DNA of 60,886 nucleotides from Escherichia coli (GTDB lineage Bacteria; Pseudomonadota; Gammaproteobacteria; Enterobacterales; Enterobacteriaceae): NCBI RefSeq assembly GCF_003334385.1, contig NZ_QOWN01000028.1; one strand, 5' to 3'. Shown piece by piece: positions 57,816 to 60,886 of this stretch (position 1 is its first letter; each line of letters starts with the position of its first letter). The notes under the pieces were generated by a model. It saw only the letters and a program-made list of their open reading frames with translations, ran no database searches and was not told where the DNA came from. The position numbers and the translations under genes were made by a program.

Positions 57816-58634
57816 AAGGATAAATGGCGTTCTCTGTATTTATTCGCAATTATCTGTAGGACAAATATGGAGAGCTTGATGAGTCAGAGCTAAAACAGCA
57901 ATTGATTAATAAACATGTTGATTTATTCAAGAAAATGGATGTATTTTAAATGTTGATTCTTAATATAACCTAATCAATAGATTATCAAGTGAGAGCTACA
58001 CATTATTGGAGGGGCAGGGGAAAACACCATTTTGGGAACAATGCATCAGGTACTCTTACCACTGAAGCAAGATCATCCGGCACCAGGTGGTGGTGCAGTG
58101 CTTTGGAAATGGTCCCCTCGGGGGAGTTGTCATTATTTTCTATGCTATTTGCTTATTATATTCATCAGGTGAATTTAATAAATTCCTAATTTGAAATATC
58201 CACTATTAAGCTAGTGTTTAACGACGTTAAGATGGCAATGTGCAGATCATGTTATCAGGGTGGGGCGGTAGCGTATATTCCTTATACAAACCATCATTCA
58301 TTTCAATGATTGTTATTGAATTATTTATTGTTGTGAATAAAAAGACATTATGAATATTGGTTTGACTTTGCATATCAGGTTTTTTATTACTCGCTGTAAT
58401 GTACGAGCCTGTCGTGAATAACGTCGAGAACCCATCCGTTGCGTTTGTGATTATTTTGTTGACTAAACAGACACCCGTTTCTCTGAAGTAAAATCCCAGA
58501 CTAAATCATCACATAACCATGACATTTTTCTGATATTCCCCGGTAACGCCAGATGTCGACTCGCTTATCTCATCCGCCCGACATGTTGTACATGCAATAT
58601 GTGCGGATTATTATTCATTTTCACGGAGGTTGCT

Positions 58635-60743
58635 ATGTCAACCGGATTACGTTTCACACTGGAAGTGGACGGCCTGCCGCCGGATGCTTTTGCGGTGGTT
58701 TCCTTTCATCTGAACCAGTCACTCTCTTCGCTCTTTTCCCTCGATCTCTCCCTGGTCAGCCAGCAGTTTCTCTCCCTTGAATTTGCGCAGGTGCTGGACA
58801 AAATGGCCTACCTGACGATATGGCAGGGCGATGAAGTACAGCGCCGGGTGAAAGGCGTGGTGACCTGGTTTGAACTCGGGGAGAACGACAAAAACCAGAT
58901 GCTGTACAGCATGAAGGTGCACCCGCCGCTGTGGCGTGCCGGTCTGCGCCAGAACTTCCGTATCTTCCAGAACGAGGACATCAAAAGCATCCTCGGCACG
59001 ATGTTGCAGGAAAACGGGGTGACCGAATGGAGTCCGCTGTTCAGCGAGCCGCATCCTTCCCGTGAGTTTTGTGTCCAGTACGGTGAGACTGATTACGATT
59101 TCCTGTGCCGGATGGCGGCGGAGGAAGGCATCTTCTTTTATGAGGAGCATGCTTACAAAAGTACCGACCAGAGCCTGGTGCTGTGCGACACAGTCCGCCA
59201 TCTGCCCGAATCTTTTGAAATCCCATGGAACCCGAACACCCGTACCGAGGTGAGCACCCTCTGCATCAGCCAGTTCCGCTACAGCGCACAAATCCGCCCT
59301 TCTTCCGTGGTGACCAAAGACTACACCTTTAAACGCCCCGGCTGGGCCGGACGTTTTGAACAGGAAGGCCAGCACCAGGACTACCAGCGCACGCAGTATG
59401 AAGTGTATGACTACCCCGGACGTTTCAAGGGTGCCCACGGGCAGAACTTTGCCCGCTGGCAGATGGACGGCTGGCGAAACAATGCAGAAACCGCGCGGGG
59501 AATGAGTCGCTCGCCGGAGATATGGCCGGGACGACGAATTGTGCTGACGGGGCATCCGCAGGCGAACCTGAACCGGGAATGGCAGGTGGTGGCAAGTGAA
59601 CTGCACGGCGAGCAGCCGCAGGCGGTGCCGGGACGCAGTGGTTCAGGAACCACGCTGAATAACCACTTTGCGGTAATACCGGCAGACCGGACATGGCGGC
59701 CACAGCCGTTGCTGAAACCGCTGGTGGACGGCCCGCAGAGCGCCGTCGTGACGGGACCGGCAGGCGAGGAAATCTTCTGTGATGAACATGGCCGCGTGCG
59801 GGTGAAATTTAACTGGGACCGCTATAACCCGTCAAACCAGGACAGTTCATGCTGGATCCGTGTGGCACAGGCGTGGGCAGGCACCGGCTTTGGCAACCTG
59901 GCGATACCGCGAGTGGGTCAGGAGGTGATTGTGGACTTCCTCAACGGCGACCCGGACCAGCCGATTATTATGGGGCGTACCTACCACCATGAAAACCGCA
60001 CACCCGGCAGCCTGCCGGGGACGAAGACGCAGATGACCATTCGTTCGAAAACCTATAAGGGCAGCGGGTTTAATGAACTGAAGTTTGACGATGCGACAGG
60101 GAAAGAACAGGTCTACATCCACGCGCAGAAGAACATGAACACCGAGGTGCTGAATAACCGCACCACTGATGTGATAAACAACCATGCTGAAACCATTGGC
60201 AACAATCAGATGATTGCGGTTACCAACAATCAGATACAGACGGTGGGTGTCAACCAGATAGAGACGGTGGGCAGTAACCAGATAATTAAAGTGGGTTCTG
60301 TTCAGGTGGAAACGATTGGACTTGTTCGTGCGCTGACCGTGGGCGTGGCGTACCAGACGACGGTAGGTGGCATTATGAACACTTCGGTGGCTCTGATGCA
60401 GTCCTCGCAGATCGGTTTGCATAAATCGTTGAGGGTCGGGCTGGGTTATGACGTCAAAGTCGGAAATAACGTTACCTTCACCGTTGGTAAAACGAAAAAG
60501 GATGATACCGGGCAGACCGCGATTTACTCCGCCGGTGAGCATCTGGAGCTCTGCTGTGGTAAGGCAAGGCTGGTGCTGACGAAGGACGGACAAATTTTTC
60601 TCAACGGCACAAAAATTCATTTGCAGGGTAAGGAGCAGGTTAATGGTGACTCACTGTTGATTAACTGGAACTGTGCAGCCTCGAAATCCCCACCGAAGAC
60701 CCCTGATGAAAAGCAGGATACGCCGGATATGAGAGAGTACTGA
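58635..60743 (+). CDS. vgrG: VgrG-like protein (type VI secretion spike / Rhs-associated Val-Gly-repeat protein)
   Basis: ORF track 58599..60743; ATG at 58635 has GGAGG 7 nt upstream (702 aa). The C-terminal part shows Val-Gly dipeptide repeats (..IQTVGVNQIETVGSNQIIKVGSVQVETIG..). I believe this is the ORF annotated as part of the rhsE pseudogene region in K-12, but cannot confirm without a search. Confidence 0.8.
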   Translation: MSTGLRFTLEVDGLPPDAFAVVSFHLNQSLSSLFSLDLSLVSQQFLSLEFAQVLDKMAYLTIWQGDEVQRRVKGVVTWFELGENDKNQMLYSMKVHPPLWRAGLRQNFRIFQNEDIKSILGTMLQENGVTEWSPLFSEPHPSREFCVQYGETDYDFLCRMAAEEGIFFYEEHAYKSTDQSLVLCDTVRHLPESFEIPWNPNTRTEVSTLCISQFRYSAQIRPSSVVTKDYTFKRPGWAGRFEQEGQHQDYQRTQYEVYDYPGRFKGAHGQNFARWQMDGWRNNAETARGMSRSPEIWPGRRIVLTGHPQANLNREWQVVASELHGEQPQAVPGRSGSGTTLNNHFAVIPADRTWRPQPLLKPLVDGPQSAVVTGPAGEEIFCDEHGRVRVKFNWDRYNPSNQDSSCWIRVAQAWAGTGFGNLAIPRVGQEVIVDFLNGDPDQPIIMGRTYHHENRTPGSLPGTKTQMTIRSKTYKGSGFNELKFDDATGKEQVYIHAQKNMNTEVLNNRTTDVINNHAETIGNNQMIAVTNNQIQTVGVNQIETVGSNQIIKVGSVQVETIGLVRALTVGVAYQTTVGGIMNTSVALMQSSQIGLHKSLRVGLGYDVKVGNNVTFTVGKTKKDDTGQTAIYSAGEHLELCCGKARLVLTKDGQIFLNGTKIHLQGKEQVNGDSLLINWNCAASKSPPKTPDEKQDTPDMREY

Positions 60744-60809
60744 TCCCGTACCTGTTCGGTATTCAGTAACAAACCAGCATTAAAAATAAACAGAAGAAGG
60801 AATTGAATC

Positions 60810-60886
60810 ATGAGCGGAAAACCAGCGGCGCGTCAGGGAGATATGACTCAGTATGGCGGTCCCATTGTCCAGGGTTCGGCAGGTGT
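60810..60886 (+). CDS. rhsE: Start of a PAAR-domain Rhs-family protein, 3'-truncated by the window edge
   Basis: ATG at 60810 opens MSGKPAARQGDMTQYGGPIVQGSAGV.., the conserved PAAR-type N-terminus of Rhs proteins. Only 25 codons lie in the window, so intactness of the core cannot be judged. Confidence 0.65.
   Translation, partial: MSGKPAARQGDMTQYGGPIVQGSAG

Noticed and set aside
58719-60620. Minus-strand ORFs of 295 aa and 257 aa inside the vgrG-like gene
   Set aside because: Antisense to a frame with clear VgrG character; GC-rich coding DNA commonly yields long antisense ORFs.

Overview
This window reads as a contiguous stretch of Escherichia coli K-12-type chromosome, running from the 3' part of the ydbA autotransporter gene to the vgrG/rhsE locus. 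Gene order on my reading: ydbA(partial)-ydbC-ydbD-ynbABCD-azoR-hrpA-ydcF-aldA-gapC(pseudogene)-cybB-rydC-ydcA-hokB/sokB-trg-ydcI-ydcJ-opgD-ydcH-rimL-ydcK-tehAB-ydcL-IS609(tnpA/tnpB)-ydcO-ydcN-ydcP-yncJ-hicAB-ydcR-ydcSTUV-patD-yncL-ortT-ydcY-ydcZ-mnaT-curA-mcbR-yncD-yncE-ansP-yncG-yncH-vgrG-like-rhs(start). Gene names come from recognising the translated products and the synteny; no database search was run. Coordinates come from the supplied ORF track, with start codons re-chosen by hand where a ribosome-binding site or known protein length argued for it. I found no CRISPR array, tRNA or rRNA by eye. I do not see a clearly unprecedented system. The most under-explained parts are: (1) the four-gene ynbABCD membrane-lipid-like operon, (2) a vgrG-like gene followed by the start of a PAAR/Rhs gene behind an AT-rich tract, with no type VI secretion core in the window, (3) an IS200/IS605-family element with an apparently intact TnpB and a nonsense-interrupted TnpA, and (4) a small-protein cluster (yncL, ortT, ydcY) next to a perfect 12-bp hairpin. 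Two toxin-antitoxin loci (hokB/sokB and hicAB), the RydC small RNA and a decayed gapC pseudogene are also present.
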